NCBI GenBank assembly: GCA_038817485.1 | Contig: JAWAZL010000003.1 | Coordinates: 28,479 to 92,478, forward strand | DNA length: 64,000 nt | Origin: Nitrososphaerota archaeon | GTDB taxonomy: Archaea; Thermoproteota; Nitrososphaeria_A; Caldarchaeales; JAVZCJ01 | Direction: 5' to 3' | Part shown: one piece after another, positions 42,568 through 53,187 of the stretch | Numbering within the stretch: the first letter of the stretch is position 1 | Layout: each line of letters starts with the position of its first letter | Notes under the pieces: model-generated | What the model was told of the DNA's origin: nothing | What the model saw: only the letters and a program-made list of their open reading frames with translations | Databases searched by the model: none | Made by a program: the position numbers and the translations under genes

Positions 42568-43899
42568 TTACATTTTAGACTTTGTAAAGTTTACTTCTTT
42601 TATTAAAGCAAAAGGTGCATGCGTAGGAACTTCTACTTCCCACCATTTAATTGGCCATGTTTCCTTACTTAAATCTATTATATTATTAAAAATTCTAAGC
42701 ATATTATCACTTATTCTAAGTTCTCTTATTGGTTCAATTATTTCTCCATTCTTTATTCTAAAAAGACCATCTCTACAAATTGTTGAAAAATCTCCAGTTC
42801 TATAATTTTGATATCTTAAATACCAATCATTTGTAACATATATTCCATTATCTATTTCTGATAATAATTCTTCAAAAGTTTTATTTCCTGATTCAACAAA
42901 TAAATTCCATGGAGTAGGCTCTATTATACCAGCATTTCCAGTAGTTTCAGTATTAAATTTCTTTGCTGTAAGACTATTGTGTAAATAAGTTTTCAATATT
43001 CCTTTTTCTACAATTACATTTTTACGTGTTGGAAAACCTTCATCATCAAAAGGTCTTGATCCATAAGAATTTTCAATTGTTGCATCATCGATTACTGTAA
43101 GTTTTTCTGAAGCAATTTTTTGACCAATTTTATCAACTAAGAAAGATAAGCCAGCTTCAACATTAAAAGCAGAAGAATGAAAAGCTAAATGTTGAATTAA
43201 ATCTGCAAAAGTCATTGGGCCTAAAATAGCATCATATTTTCCAGGTTCTCCAGGTTTAGGATCTATAGCTTTTTTAGCTATTTCTCCAGCTATTCTACCA
43301 ATTTCACTTGGATTGAATGTTTTTTCATCAGTAGCAAATGTACAAAATTGACCTGTAGCTATATCTGAGGAAAAAGCTCTAACAGACAATTCCAAAGTAT
43401 TGGAAGTATATTTTCCTGAAGCACCACTAGAAGTTTTTAAATAAGTTATTATTGTTTTACCAATTAAAGAGCCTGCTACTCTTTTTGCACCAGAATTTAA
43501 TGCACTATTTATTGCTTCATCAACATAATCTGTTAATTTTTCATAATCAAATTTTATTTTTCCTATATTTAGTAATTTTTTATTATATTTAAATGGTCCT
43601 TTTGGTAAAGGAGCATATATCTCTCCAGGAGGACTTGTTTTTGCTATGGAAACGATTCTTTTAATATTTTTTTCGATAGATTTAATAGATAATTCTTCAA
43701 TAGTAGATCCTGCTCTACGTTCTTTAATCATTATAAAAACATTTGTTATAATGTTTCTGAAAGTTTTAGCTACAGTAATTTCATTATTTGAAAATCTTAT
43801 CATGAATATATGCGAAACTATAGTACTTGCAGCCACATCTGTAGCTCCATGCTTTTTTCCAATTTTAATTATTAAAGAAGGAATATCTTCTGGATTCAA
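42568..43899 (-). CDS. TldD/PmbA-family metallopeptidase
   Basis: 443 aa; family-typical length and C-terminal HxxxxxH-like region. Confidence 0.7.
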   Translation of the reverse strand: MNPEDIPSLIIKIGKKHGATDVAASTIVSHIFMIRFSNNEITVAKTFRNIITNVFIMIKERRAGSTIEELSIKSIEKNIKRIVSIAKTSPPGEIYAPLPKGPFKYNKKLLNIGKIKFDYEKLTDYVDEAINSALNSGAKRVAGSLIGKTIITYLKTSSGASGKYTSNTLELSVRAFSSDIATGQFCTFATDEKTFNPSEIGRIAGEIAKKAIDPKPGEPGKYDAILGPMTFADLIQHLAFHSSAFNVEAGLSFLVDKIGQKIASEKLTVIDDATIENSYGSRPFDDEGFPTRKNVIVEKGILKTYLHNSLTAKKFNTETTGNAGIIEPTPWNLFVESGNKTFEELLSEIDNGIYVTNDWYLRYQNYRTGDFSTICRDGLFRIKNGEIIEPIRELRISDNMLRIFNNIIDLSKETWPIKWWEVEVPTHAPFALIKEVNFTKSKM

Positions 43900-44049
43900 T
43901 ATTCAATCCTCTCCTCTATATTTGTTATAAAAATTAAGAAAATGAATATATATCTCTTTTTTTATAATAGTAACACTTATATTGTATAAAAAAGAAAAGG
44001 AATACTATGGAAAAAAGGTTTATAAAGTACTTTTGTACATAATTACTTT

Positions 44050-44280
44050 ATGACCGAAGTAATAAAAGCTGAAATAAAATCATCACTTGCAAGAAAATTT
44101 AGAAAACTTGCAATGGAAAAGCATAAGTATAAGAAAGGGGCGGTGAAAACTGCGCTTGAGGAATTAATTAAACGTTATGTTTCAAGCGGAGAAGTTGATT
44201 GGAAAATTTTGAGAGGGTGCATAAAATCAAAAATATCTTCAATTGAATTACAACATAAAGTTTGGAGCACGATAGATTAA
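44050..44280 (+). CDS. VapB-like antitoxin
   Basis: 76 aa; its stop abuts the start of the downstream PIN gene. Confidence 0.5.
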   Translation: MTEVIKAEIKSSLARKFRKLAMEKHKYKKGAVKTALEELIKRYVSSGEVDWKILRGCIKSKISSIELQHKVWSTID

Positions 44281-44282
44281 AG

Positions 44283-44687
44283 ATGTTTTTAATAGATACA
44301 AATATATTTTTAGAGCTTTTTCTTAATCAGAAAAAAGCTGATGATTGTGAAATTTTATTAAATAAAATAGCAAGTGGTGAAATAGAGGCAGTAATTACTA
44401 GTTTTACAATTCATGCTATTAAAGCCATTTTAAATAATTCTAAATTAATATTAACATTCTTAAGGAATATTGAAAATTCATTAGGCTTAAGTATTTATGA
44501 TACAACAATGGATGATCAAATGGCCATTGCTATGTTAATGGAAGAGAAAAAATTAGACTTTGATGATTGCTTGCAATATTATGTTGCAAAAAAGTTAGGA
44601 GTAAAAGCAATAATTAGTTTCGATAAACATTTTAGTGAATTAGATATTCCTCTAAAAGAACCTGGAGAGATAATATCAAATATATAG
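44283..44687 (+). CDS. vapC: PIN-domain VapC toxin
   Basis: MFLIDTNIFLELF N-terminus (conserved Asp), later D/E residues, 134 aa. Confidence 0.75.
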   Translation: MFLIDTNIFLELFLNQKKADDCEILLNKIASGEIEAVITSFTIHAIKAILNNSKLILTFLRNIENSLGLSIYDTTMDDQMAIAMLMEEKKLDFDDCLQYYVAKKLGVKAIISFDKHFSELDIPLKEPGEIISNI

Positions 44688-44838
44688 TTAAATAAAAAAA
44701 TGAACAGTATTCATGATAATTTTTTAAATTTGTTTATTCCATTTTAATTCTTTAATAGAAAATATATAAGTATGTTTTCAGAAATATAAAATAAAATTAG
44801 AAAAATATTTAAAATCAAACGAAAAGTAACAAAGTAAA

Positions 44839-45126
44839 ATGAGCAAGAAAAATAAATCGGAATATATAAGAAGATACATGAGAGAAAGATATCATAAAGA
44901 TATAGAATTTAGAGAAAAAATGAGAAGTTTATTAAGGAAAAGTGCAAGAAAAAGATGTGAATTAGTAAAGAAATTGAGAAAAGAATATCCAGAATATGAT
45001 GAAATAATAGCTGAATATATAAGAAATAAAAATATTATTGGATATAAAAAGGCATATAAAATTTTAAAGAAGAAAATTGATAAATTAAGAAAAGAGAAAG
45101 GCATGTATTTTCCTTATGGATATTAA
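44839..45126 (+). CDS. Small highly basic hypothetical protein
   Basis: 95 aa, K/R-rich. No domain recognised. Confidence 0.3.
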   Translation: MSKKNKSEYIRRYMRERYHKDIEFREKMRSLLRKSARKRCELVKKLRKEYPEYDEIIAEYIRNKNIIGYKKAYKILKKKIDKLRKEKGMYFPYGY

Positions 45127-45143
45127 AATTTTGAATATCAAAA

Positions 45144-46109
45144 TTATATAATATTTATAGAATATTTTGGTTTTTCATCATGAAGTACTCTTAAAACTTC
45201 TTCAGCAACAGTTATAGACATGCGCTTACGACATTCAATAGTATTTGATGCTATATGAGGAGTTAATATTACATTATCTAAATCTAATAAAGGATCATCA
45301 ATTGGTAAAGGTTCTTGATAGAATACATCTAATCCTGCACCTGCTATTCTTCTTTCTTTTAATGCTTTAATTAAAGCTTCATGGTCTACTATTGGTCCTC
45401 TTGCAATATTTATTAAAAATGCTGATTTTTTCATTAATGAAAATTCTCTTTCACTTATCATATTTTTAGTTTCATTTGTTAAAGGAACAGAAATTATTAT
45501 AAAATCCGATTCTTTAAGAAGATCATCTAAATTTTTATATTCTAAATTTAATTTTTCTTCTAGTTCCTTTTTTCTTATTATATCATAGTATAATATTTTC
45601 ATTTTAAAACCTTTTGCTCTTTCAGCAATTTTGGTTCCAATCCTTCCTAATCCAATAATACCAATTGTTTTATTATAAATATCCGTGCCTATGAATAAAT
45701 CTGGCTCCCACTTTTTGTTCTTCATATGATAATTTGCTTTACATATGTTCCTTGCTAAACAAAGTAATAGAGCAAATGCATGGTCTGCTACAGTTTCTTC
45801 AAGAACTGGAGCGATAGTAACGTATATTCCTTTTTTTGTTGCTGCTTGAACATCAACATTATCATAGCCTACACCATACCTAGCAATAATCTTAAGTTTT
45901 GGTAAGGATTCAATAATTTCTTTATTAATTTTCTCTATATTACCAGTAACTATTAAAGCATCTGCATTTTTTGCATTATTTATAATATCGTCTTTAGTAA
46001 GCATGCTTGGATGTTTTTTTGAAATAATAACATTAGCTTCTTTCTCTAATAATTTAATACCATCTTCATGAATTGGTGCAGTTATGAAAACATTGAATTT
46101 CTTTGCCAT
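45144..46109 (-). CDS. D-isomer-specific 2-hydroxyacid dehydrogenase (glyoxylate reductase / phosphoglycerate dehydrogenase-like)
   Basis: NAD motif GIIGLGRIGTKIA plus catalytic R/E/H arrangement. Confidence 0.85.
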   Translation of the reverse strand: MAKKFNVFITAPIHEDGIKLLEKEANVIISKKHPSMLTKDDIINNAKNADALIVTGNIEKINKEIIESLPKLKIIARYGVGYDNVDVQAATKKGIYVTIAPVLEETVADHAFALLLCLARNICKANYHMKNKKWEPDLFIGTDIYNKTIGIIGLGRIGTKIAERAKGFKMKILYYDIIRKKELEEKLNLEYKNLDDLLKESDFIIISVPLTNETKNMISEREFSLMKKSAFLINIARGPIVDHEALIKALKERRIAGAGLDVFYQEPLPIDDPLLDLDNVILTPHIASNTIECRKRMSITVAEEVLRVLHDEKPKYSINII

Positions 46110-46173
46110 AATTATTCTTTATTTAATTTTTTATTCTATAATTTAAATCTTCTTAAATGCTATTTTTAATAAA

Positions 46174-46827
46174 TTATTTATGGATTTGAATTTTTGATAT
46201 TACATAATTGAAGACTATTTTAAGATTTGAAGATATATCATTTAAATGTGAAATTACAATTTTATCATCAATTTCATAAGGGCACCATGCTAAATATAGA
46301 ACATTTTTTGTGTTAAGTGTTATGGAAGTTCTTTTAGCAGGTCCAAACAAAACACTTGCTAAAATTCCTTCTTCATCTTTAAGAATTATATCATCTTTTT
46401 CAAGTTCTTGCTCTTTACCATTAAGCATAATGTATTTTTCTCCTCCTTTTGATATATCAAAAGTTAAAGAGCCTTTTATTTCATTAAGATCATGACCAGA
46501 AGTAAGGATTCTATTTTTAAGTTCTGCTATAAACATACTATCGACTAATATTGAAATTTTTGGAAAGCTATATCCTTTTTTTATATTTTTAATTTGATTT
46601 TCTACAGGATATACTTTATTCCATTTATTAAAGTAAGAATTATATAAAGCTATAATATTATCATTATTTATGTTCATTTCTCTTATTTCTTTCTCAATTT
46701 CATGCTTTTTCTTTTCTAATGCTTCATGCATTTTTGTGTTTGGCACATTCATAATAAACATACTGCCAAAGATAGATTTTGGATATTTTATTTTCAATTC
46801 TTGAGTGAGTTTAATATTTATCATCAT
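46174..46827 (-). CDS. Stand-alone B3/B4 tRNA-binding-domain-like protein
   Basis: Roughly 215 aa with a fold-typical pattern. True start probably MMINIK; the ORF-track start is further upstream. Confidence 0.35.
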   Translation of the reverse strand: MMINIKLTQELKIKYPKSIFGSMFIMNVPNTKMHEALEKKKHEIEKEIREMNINNDNIIALYNSYFNKWNKVYPVENQIKNIKKGYSFPKISILVDSMFIAELKNRILTSGHDLNEIKGSLTFDISKGGEKYIMLNGKEQELEKDDIILKDEEGILASVLFGPAKRTSITLNTKNVLYLAWCPYEIDDKIVISHLNDISSNLKIVFNYVISKIQIHK

Positions 46828-46886
46828 AATATACTTAAATTTATAATTCTTAAAAATATTTAAAAAATTTTCCTTTATAAGTTGCA

Positions 46887-47582
46887 TTAGATAAATTTTT
46901 GTTTTAACACTTCTATTACTCTATTTGGATAATCACTACTTATTATATCTATTTTTAGTTTTATCATTTTTATTATGTCTATTTCTTCATTAACAGTCCA
47001 AGAATTAATTTTAATATCATTTTTATGGCATTGTTTTACAATATCTTTATCTATAAATTCATAACGTAAACAAAACAATTTAGTTTTTGCTGATTTTGCT
47101 ATTGAAATAGGATTAACAGGCCTTCCTGAAAATATAGCGCCAGTATTTATTTTCTTATAATCCTCTTTTATTTTTCTTAAAACATTATGCCAAAATGATA
47201 CTATGATTACTTTATCTTCTATTTTTTCTTCTTTAATTTTCTTTAGAACATCTTTAGCTGTTTCAATTTCTTTTAATTCAATTACTATTATTGGTTTTTT
47301 ATCTTTTAAGAAATCTATTACTTCTTCAAAAGATGGAATTTTTTCTCCTAATCCAGCATCTAATTTCCTTAAATCATTAAAATTATAATCTTTAACAAAT
47401 CCTTTACCATTTGTAGTTCTATCAACTTTTGAATCATGAATAACAACAAGCTTTTTATCTTTAGTCATTCTAACATCAAATTCAATCATATCAACTCCTA
47501 ATTCTAAAGCTCTTTTAAAAGCTCTCAATGTATTTTCAGGTTCTAAACCAGCACACCCTCTATGACCTAAAACTAGAACCAT
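46887..47582 (-). CDS. Glycerophosphodiester phosphodiesterase
   Basis: GDPD motif VLGHRGCAGLEPENT and EFDVRMTKD. Confidence 0.8.
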   Translation of the reverse strand: MVLVLGHRGCAGLEPENTLRAFKRALELGVDMIEFDVRMTKDKKLVVIHDSKVDRTTNGKGFVKDYNFNDLRKLDAGLGEKIPSFEEVIDFLKDKKPIIVIELKEIETAKDVLKKIKEEKIEDKVIIVSFWHNVLRKIKEDYKKINTGAIFSGRPVNPISIAKSAKTKLFCLRYEFIDKDIVKQCHKNDIKINSWTVNEEIDIIKMIKLKIDIISSDYPNRVIEVLKQKFI

Positions 47583-47731
47583 AAAGTTCTTTAATGTGAT
47601 GCCCTTAATAAAGGTTTTAGCTAGTAACTGAAAAATTTAAATAACTATAATAAATTTGAAATCAAAAAAGGAAAAATAACGGTGATTTTTAAAATTTTAA
47701 TATTTAGCAAAATGATGTTTTTTAGAGTAAA

Positions 47732-48367
47732 TTGAGTATTGAAAATATAGAAGTATTCGATTTAATTGTTTTGAAAAATATTGCAGAAGGATTAAATAAA
47801 ATTTCTTTAATAGCTGAGAAGCTTAATGTTAGTGAAAATGAAATAAGTGTTTCAATTTCTAAATTAATTTTGAATGATTTAATAGAAGTTGAAATTAAAA
47901 AACGCAAATTATTAGGTGAAGAAACAATTTATAAAATAAAAGATAAAGGATTAAAAATATTAGAAGAGAAAAAGGATTTAATAAAAGAAAAAGAGATTGA
48001 GCATTATAGAAAAATTGAAACATTATTGCCTATTGAAATTTTAAAAGAAGAAATTGAAGAAGTTAAGGAAGAAGTTGAAGAAATTTCTGAAATAGAAGAA
48101 AATATTTTAATTCTATTATATGAGAAAAAAGAGATAATAAATGAAAATTTGAAAAATGATTTAAAGAAAAGATTTAATAAAGAATATGATTATTATGAAA
48201 TAAATGAAGCATTAGAGAAGCTTTTATCAAAAGGGTTAATAGCAATAAAAAGTGCTTTTACAGCAGTAATATTTTTCACAACTTATTCAAAGATTGTTTA
48301 TGGATTAACAGATAAAGGATATGAAATAATTGAAAAAATAGTTAAACAAAGACAAAAATTTTTATAA
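47732..48367 (+). CDS. Putative transcriptional regulator with two winged-helix-like modules separated by an acidic coiled-coil linker
   Basis: N-terminal wHTH-like LIAEKLNVSENEISVSISKLILNDLIEVE; Glu-rich middle; C-terminal LEKLLSKGLIAIK. Confidence 0.4.
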   Translation: MSIENIEVFDLIVLKNIAEGLNKISLIAEKLNVSENEISVSISKLILNDLIEVEIKKRKLLGEETIYKIKDKGLKILEEKKDLIKEKEIEHYRKIETLLPIEILKEEIEEVKEEVEEISEIEENILILLYEKKEIINENLKNDLKKRFNKEYDYYEINEALEKLLSKGLIAIKSAFTAVIFFTTYSKIVYGLTDKGYEIIEKIVKQRQKFL

Positions 48368-48437
48368 ATTTAGAGAAAAAATAAAGATTTTCATATAATT
48401 ATGTTTTTTAAAAAAATAAAAAAGGAGATATATTAAG

Positions 48438-49349
48438 TTAAAGTAGTAAATCGTTTTCAAACGAATCGCTTATCGTAGGTGTTTGCGATACAACAGAAGG
48501 AACATTAGCTCTTGCATAATCAAATGCTTCTTCTATAGTTGCAGGTTCATTTCCTTCTATTTCAGAATAATCATAAGTATTCGCTAATCCTTGATACATT
48601 CCTTTATCAACAAAATAATATGTGAATACTCCATTTTGCCACTCCTCACCTTCATATGATAATCCATTTTCAGTAGAAGCCATAATTACAATTCTTCCAT
48701 TAGCTTTTAAATCTGTCATTCCACCTGAATAACAAGAATCAAAAATGAAAATTATTCTTGAAGTTTCAAATTCTGCAAATAATGTTTTTAATTCTCCATC
48801 CCAAATTAAGCTTTCAGCTGTACATTCATAAGGAACTATAGCTTCATCGATAGCTTCTTTATCTCCATCATTTGCTTTACCTCTTGCCCCATGACCACTA
48901 TAAAAGAAAACAACTTCATCTCCGCTTTTTTCATTAGCTTTTAACCAATTAATTGCATTAATTATATTATCATATGTTGCATTATTATTTGTATAATCTG
49001 AGATGAGCAAAAGAATATTTTCTCTTTTATATCCATAAATTGTAATTAAAGTATTAAGCATGTCTAAAGCATCATCATCTGCATAATTAATATCGTTTGC
49101 TGTTCCAGCATAATCTGAAATACCTATTATTACAGCCCATTTATGATTTGGATTTGTTGGGGGCAAATCACCTAAAATACCAGTTGCTGCTGGAGGAGCA
49201 GGTTTGCCTTTACCTTTTGGTGATCCTTTAATAGAAATTTTAGGTGTTATTTCTACATCAGAAGCTTTATTATTGCTTGCATATGCTAATGGCATTAAGA
49301 AAATGCTCATAAAAATTATTAATAGTATGAAAAATGCGATTTTTTTCAT
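48438..49349 (-). CDS. Secreted caspase-fold cysteine peptidase (metacaspase/orthocaspase-like, C14/C13 clan CD)
   Basis: Signal peptide. Catalytic dyad contexts FFYSGHG (His) and FIFDSCYSGG (Cys); the N-terminal WAVIIGISDY block. Confidence 0.65.
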   Translation of the reverse strand: MKKIAFFILLIIFMSIFLMPLAYASNNKASDVEITPKISIKGSPKGKGKPAPPAATGILGDLPPTNPNHKWAVIIGISDYAGTANDINYADDDALDMLNTLITIYGYKRENILLLISDYTNNNATYDNIINAINWLKANEKSGDEVVFFYSGHGARGKANDGDKEAIDEAIVPYECTAESLIWDGELKTLFAEFETSRIIFIFDSCYSGGMTDLKANGRIVIMASTENGLSYEGEEWQNGVFTYYFVDKGMYQGLANTYDYSEIEGNEPATIEEAFDYARANVPSVVSQTPTISDSFENDLLL

Positions 49350-49475
49350 TTTTTATACCTTTTTGTTTTTAAATTCTTTATTGTAGTATTTAAACTTTCT
49401 TTAATTATAATTCTAAAATCAATTTTCCTTATTTTTAAAAAATTTTAGATTTTGAAGATATCTTGGAAGTTGAAT

Positions 49476-49802
49476 TTACTTTTTCTTAAGTTCATTATCA
49501 AGCCATTTTAAATAATCTTCACTTCCTAAAATTATTGGCATAGCTATAATTTCTGGATTTTCATATGGATGTATTTCTTTAATTGATTTTTCAATTTCTT
49601 CATAAAGATTTCTCTTGCTTTTTATTATACATAACCATTCTTGTGCAGTTTCTATTTTGCTTTTCCACCAATAAATGCTTGATATTGGTCCTATTATTTG
49701 AATGCAACCAGCTAATCTTTTCTCTATTAATGATTTAGCTATTTTTTCAGCATCTTCTCTTTTTTCTGTAGTTGTAAAAACTTGAATATATTCTTCTTTC
49801 AT
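49476..49802 (-). CDS. cutA: CutA divalent-cation tolerance protein
   Basis: CutA1 fold block MKEEYIQVFTTTEKREDAEKIAKSLIEKRLAGCIQI. True start at 49802. Confidence 0.75.
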   Translation of the reverse strand: MKEEYIQVFTTTEKREDAEKIAKSLIEKRLAGCIQIIGPISSIYWWKSKIETAQEWLCIIKSKRNLYEEIEKSIKEIHPYENPEIIAMPIILGSEDYLKWLDNELKKK

Positions 49803-49902
49803 ATTTGCTCCTTTTACTAGAGATTTTTTAGCACTTAATAATTTAAAAAATTTAAATTTAGAAAGTTTAAAAAGTACTTCGAACTTCTTACTTTTAAAGT
49901 GA

Positions 49903-50268
49903 TTGGGTGAAATGGGTTTCGTTAGAGTGAGAGCTAGGATCTGGAACATCGAAGAACCAAAAAAGTTAAGAGAAGTAGAGTTGCTAGCTGATACAGGAGC
50001 TATCTATACAGTTCTACCTTCATCACTATTAAAAGAACTTAATGTAAAAACCATAGGCAAGAGAAAGTTTAAACTTGCAAATAATGAAGTAGTTGAGAGA
50101 GATATAGGCTTGATAGGTATTGAGATTGAGGATAGGTTTACGTATACTATAGTAGTATTTGGTGAAGAAAGTGTTAATTTACTTGGCGTAACAACTTTAG
50201 AAGAGCTTGGGTTAGAAGTGGATCCTATAAAGGGCGTTTTAAGACCTATGGAATTACTTCTTATGTAA
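49903..50268 (+). CDS. Retropepsin-like (clan AA) aspartic peptidase
   Basis: Active-site context LLADTGAIYTVLP (D-T-G) and C-terminal GLEVDP. Confidence 0.65.
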   Translation: MGEMGFVRVRARIWNIEEPKKLREVELLADTGAIYTVLPSSLLKELNVKTIGKRKFKLANNEVVERDIGLIGIEIEDRFTYTIVVFGEESVNLLGVTTLEELGLEVDPIKGVLRPMELLLM

Positions 50269-50396
50269 ACCTTATTATTGCATTTTAGTTTAAGCAAAAC
50301 TTACAGCTATTCTTTAATGTTATAAAACGATTGTGAATAGAATTTCTCCCTTTAGTATAGCATACTAAGAAATTTTTCAAATTTAAATATAAGATT

Positions 50397-51689
50397 TTGA
50401 AATTCTTTTTTAAAATGAAGAAGATAAAGATTTCAATTCCTTATGGCTTATCTATAAAAGAAATTGAAATTGAAAAAGAGAAAATTTTAAATTATATTCA
50501 ATATCCTTTACAAAAATATCCAAAATATAATGAAGAAGAAAATGAAATTAAGAATGCTCTTTTAAATCCTATAAATTGCGAAAGGATTAAAAAATTTTGT
50601 AATGAAAATTCTAGAATTGTTATATTGATTGATGATCAAACGAGACCGACTCCAGCTTATAAAGTTGTTCCATTTATTTTAAAAGAATTAAAAGAAGCAA
50701 ATGTTAAAAATGAAAATGTATCTTTTATTATTGCTAAAGGAACTCATAGAAAACCTTCTAAGAAAGAAATTATTGAAAAAATTGGAAAAGATATTTTTGA
50801 AAAATATATTGTAAAAATACATGATTGTGATAAAAATATTGCTTATCTTGGAAAAACTTCTAAAGGAACACCAATATGGATTAATGAAGAAGTTTTGAAT
50901 GCTGATTTTAGAATTTCTATTGGAAGTATAGTTCCTCATCCTCTTGCAGGTTATGGTGGAGGAGCAAAGATTATTACCCCAGGAGTTTCAGGAAGAGAAA
51001 CGATTAATTATAATCATAGTTTAGTAAATGAGCCAAATGTTAATGTAGGAATTACTGATGGAAATCCTATAAGAGAAGATATGGAAGAAATTGCAAGAAA
51101 AGCAAAATTGGATTTTAGTATAAATCTTATTTTGAATGAGAGAAGAGATATAATTAAAGCATTTTGTGGAGATTTTATAAAATCTCATAGAGAATGCGTT
51201 AAAGAATATGAAAAAATTTATGGTATAAAAATTAGTGAGCAAGCTGATATTTTAATACTTGGTTCATGTCCAAGAGATGCAACTTTTGGTCATGCAACAT
51301 TTGCATTATATTCTGCTATTCCATTAGTAAAAGAGAAAGGAACAATAATTTTAGTAGCACCTTGTTTTGATGGACCTGGAAATCGTTTAGAAAGACTTGC
51401 TTTTAAAGAGCTTGCATATATAGAGCCAGAAGAACTTATGAAGCAAATAAAAGAAGGAGCAGTAGAAGCTTCTGGAGGAGCATTTGATTATTGCTATTCT
51501 AAAGTTTTGAAAAGGAATAGGATTATTTTAGTTTCAGATAATTATAAAAAGAATGAAGCTGAAGAACTTGGTGTAAATTATGCAAATTCAATAGAAGAAG
51601 CATTAAAAGATGCCTTTGAATATCATGGAAAAGATGCAAAAGTTACAATAGCACCATATGGTGGAATGACTATTGTTTTACAAAAATAA
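50397..51689 (+). CDS. larA: LarA-family protein (nickel-pincer-dependent lactate racemase-like)
   Basis: DUF2088-type N-terminus ILIDDQTRPTP and AKGTHRK motif; 430 aa. Confidence 0.7.
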   Translation: MKFFFKMKKIKISIPYGLSIKEIEIEKEKILNYIQYPLQKYPKYNEEENEIKNALLNPINCERIKKFCNENSRIVILIDDQTRPTPAYKVVPFILKELKEANVKNENVSFIIAKGTHRKPSKKEIIEKIGKDIFEKYIVKIHDCDKNIAYLGKTSKGTPIWINEEVLNADFRISIGSIVPHPLAGYGGGAKIITPGVSGRETINYNHSLVNEPNVNVGITDGNPIREDMEEIARKAKLDFSINLILNERRDIIKAFCGDFIKSHRECVKEYEKIYGIKISEQADILILGSCPRDATFGHATFALYSAIPLVKEKGTIILVAPCFDGPGNRLERLAFKELAYIEPEELMKQIKEGAVEASGGAFDYCYSKVLKRNRIILVSDNYKKNEAEELGVNYANSIEEALKDAFEYHGKDAKVTIAPYGGMTIVLQK

Positions 51690-51724
51690 ATAAATATTAA
51701 TTTTTTATTAATCGATTATCCTTT

Positions 51725-52963
51725 TTAAATATTATTGGAACGTTTTTCCTTCTTAATACGTTTAAGTAATAGTAAGAATAAGACTATAGCTATTAATATT
51801 ATGAGTGCTATAATTAGAATACTCATACCAATTGATGATATCGGAATTTCAGATGTGGTGGTAGTGGTATAGGATGGAGAAGTGTAAGTAGTTAATGTTG
51901 TAATCGATGTTAATGAAGTTGTAGTTTGAGTAAGTGAAACAATTGACGTTGTAGTTGTTTTTTCTATAAATGTTATTATTGTGTAGAATTTAATTAATTC
52001 CATTAAAGGATATTTATCAATTTGTTCCTCGGAAATTTTATATGGAATATCGCCTACTCCATCATGGTTTTGATCTGAACCTTTGTAATCATCCCAAAAG
52101 TTTCCTAAGCAGCCATGATATTTCTTTTTGTCATAAATATAATCTAAAGGTTCGGAATTCCAGATCGTATTTGCTTTTTCAATTGCTATATGTTGATCAT
52201 TTGCTACAAAATTGTTTAAGTATATTGAGTTTCCTGGAGAATCGACTCTAATGCCTACTTGGCAACCTGTTATACTATTTAAGAAAATCTCAACATATGA
52301 ACCACTTTCTAAATTAATACCATCTTTAAGGCATGATGAAATAATATTATGATCTATAGTTATATCATGATTATTATGCCTAAGATGTATCCCGTGCCAA
52401 TCCATACCAATTATAAGGTTGTCTGAAATTGTACAATAATCTGAACGATCCATTCTTATTCCATGAAAAGTTTCTCTTAAAGTATTATTTTCTATTTTTA
52501 TGCCATGACAGTTATCTAAAATTATTGCAATATTAATATTTGGACCTTTTATTATGTTTGATTTAATGTGAACATTGTTTGACATTATTTCCATTCCATA
52601 AGCAATAGAATCTTTATCATTGATTAATGTGAAACCTTGGAATACTATATTTTTACAAGCAATAATTTCAATAATATTCTCTTCACTAATTTCTTTAGTG
52701 TTACATATTATTGTATATTTTGGTCCATGCTCAGATTTTATAATTAAATCATTTTTCTCTTCAATGATAATATTCTCTCTATAGGTTCCATCTCTTACGA
52801 TTATTGTTGTTCCAGGGATTGCATTATTTATAGCATCTTGTATTGTTGGAAAATTATCTGGAACATAAATTGTTTTGCTTGCTTGTACTTGTAGACAAAT
52901 TGAAGCAAATGCCATTATTAATATACAAATAAGTATGCCTATAACAACTTTCAAATGTTTCAA
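51725..52963 (-). CDS. Secreted right-handed parallel beta-helix repeat protein (NosD/pectin-lyase-fold) with Thr-rich stalk and C-terminal TM anchor
   Basis: Signal peptide, repeated beta-helix rungs, TTTS-rich linker, SEIPISSIGM + hydrophobic TM + KRIKKEK tail. Confidence 0.7.
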   Translation of the reverse strand: MKHLKVVIGILICILIMAFASICLQVQASKTIYVPDNFPTIQDAINNAIPGTTIIVRDGTYRENIIIEEKNDLIIKSEHGPKYTIICNTKEISEENIIEIIACKNIVFQGFTLINDKDSIAYGMEIMSNNVHIKSNIIKGPNINIAIILDNCHGIKIENNTLRETFHGIRMDRSDYCTISDNLIIGMDWHGIHLRHNNHDITIDHNIISSCLKDGINLESGSYVEIFLNSITGCQVGIRVDSPGNSIYLNNFVANDQHIAIEKANTIWNSEPLDYIYDKKKYHGCLGNFWDDYKGSDQNHDGVGDIPYKISEEQIDKYPLMELIKFYTIITFIEKTTTTSIVSLTQTTTSLTSITTLTTYTSPSYTTTTTSEIPISSIGMSILIIALIILIAIVLFLLLLKRIKKEKRSNNI

Positions 52964-53187
52964 CAGATTTCACCCTAAAAAATTTTCATTCTTATATTTA
53001 AATTTTTTGTTTTTAGGAAGGGCCTTTATTCAGAAGATTGATGAAGTAGTTTCAAATCATAAAACCATTTTTAATTCTTATTCTTAAAAATTTCTATTGA
53101 AATAAGACTAACTTTTTATAAAATGAGATAATCTATTCTTTAAAATAGAGAAAAAGTAAAAATTAAAAGTTTATAAATAAGGATGAT

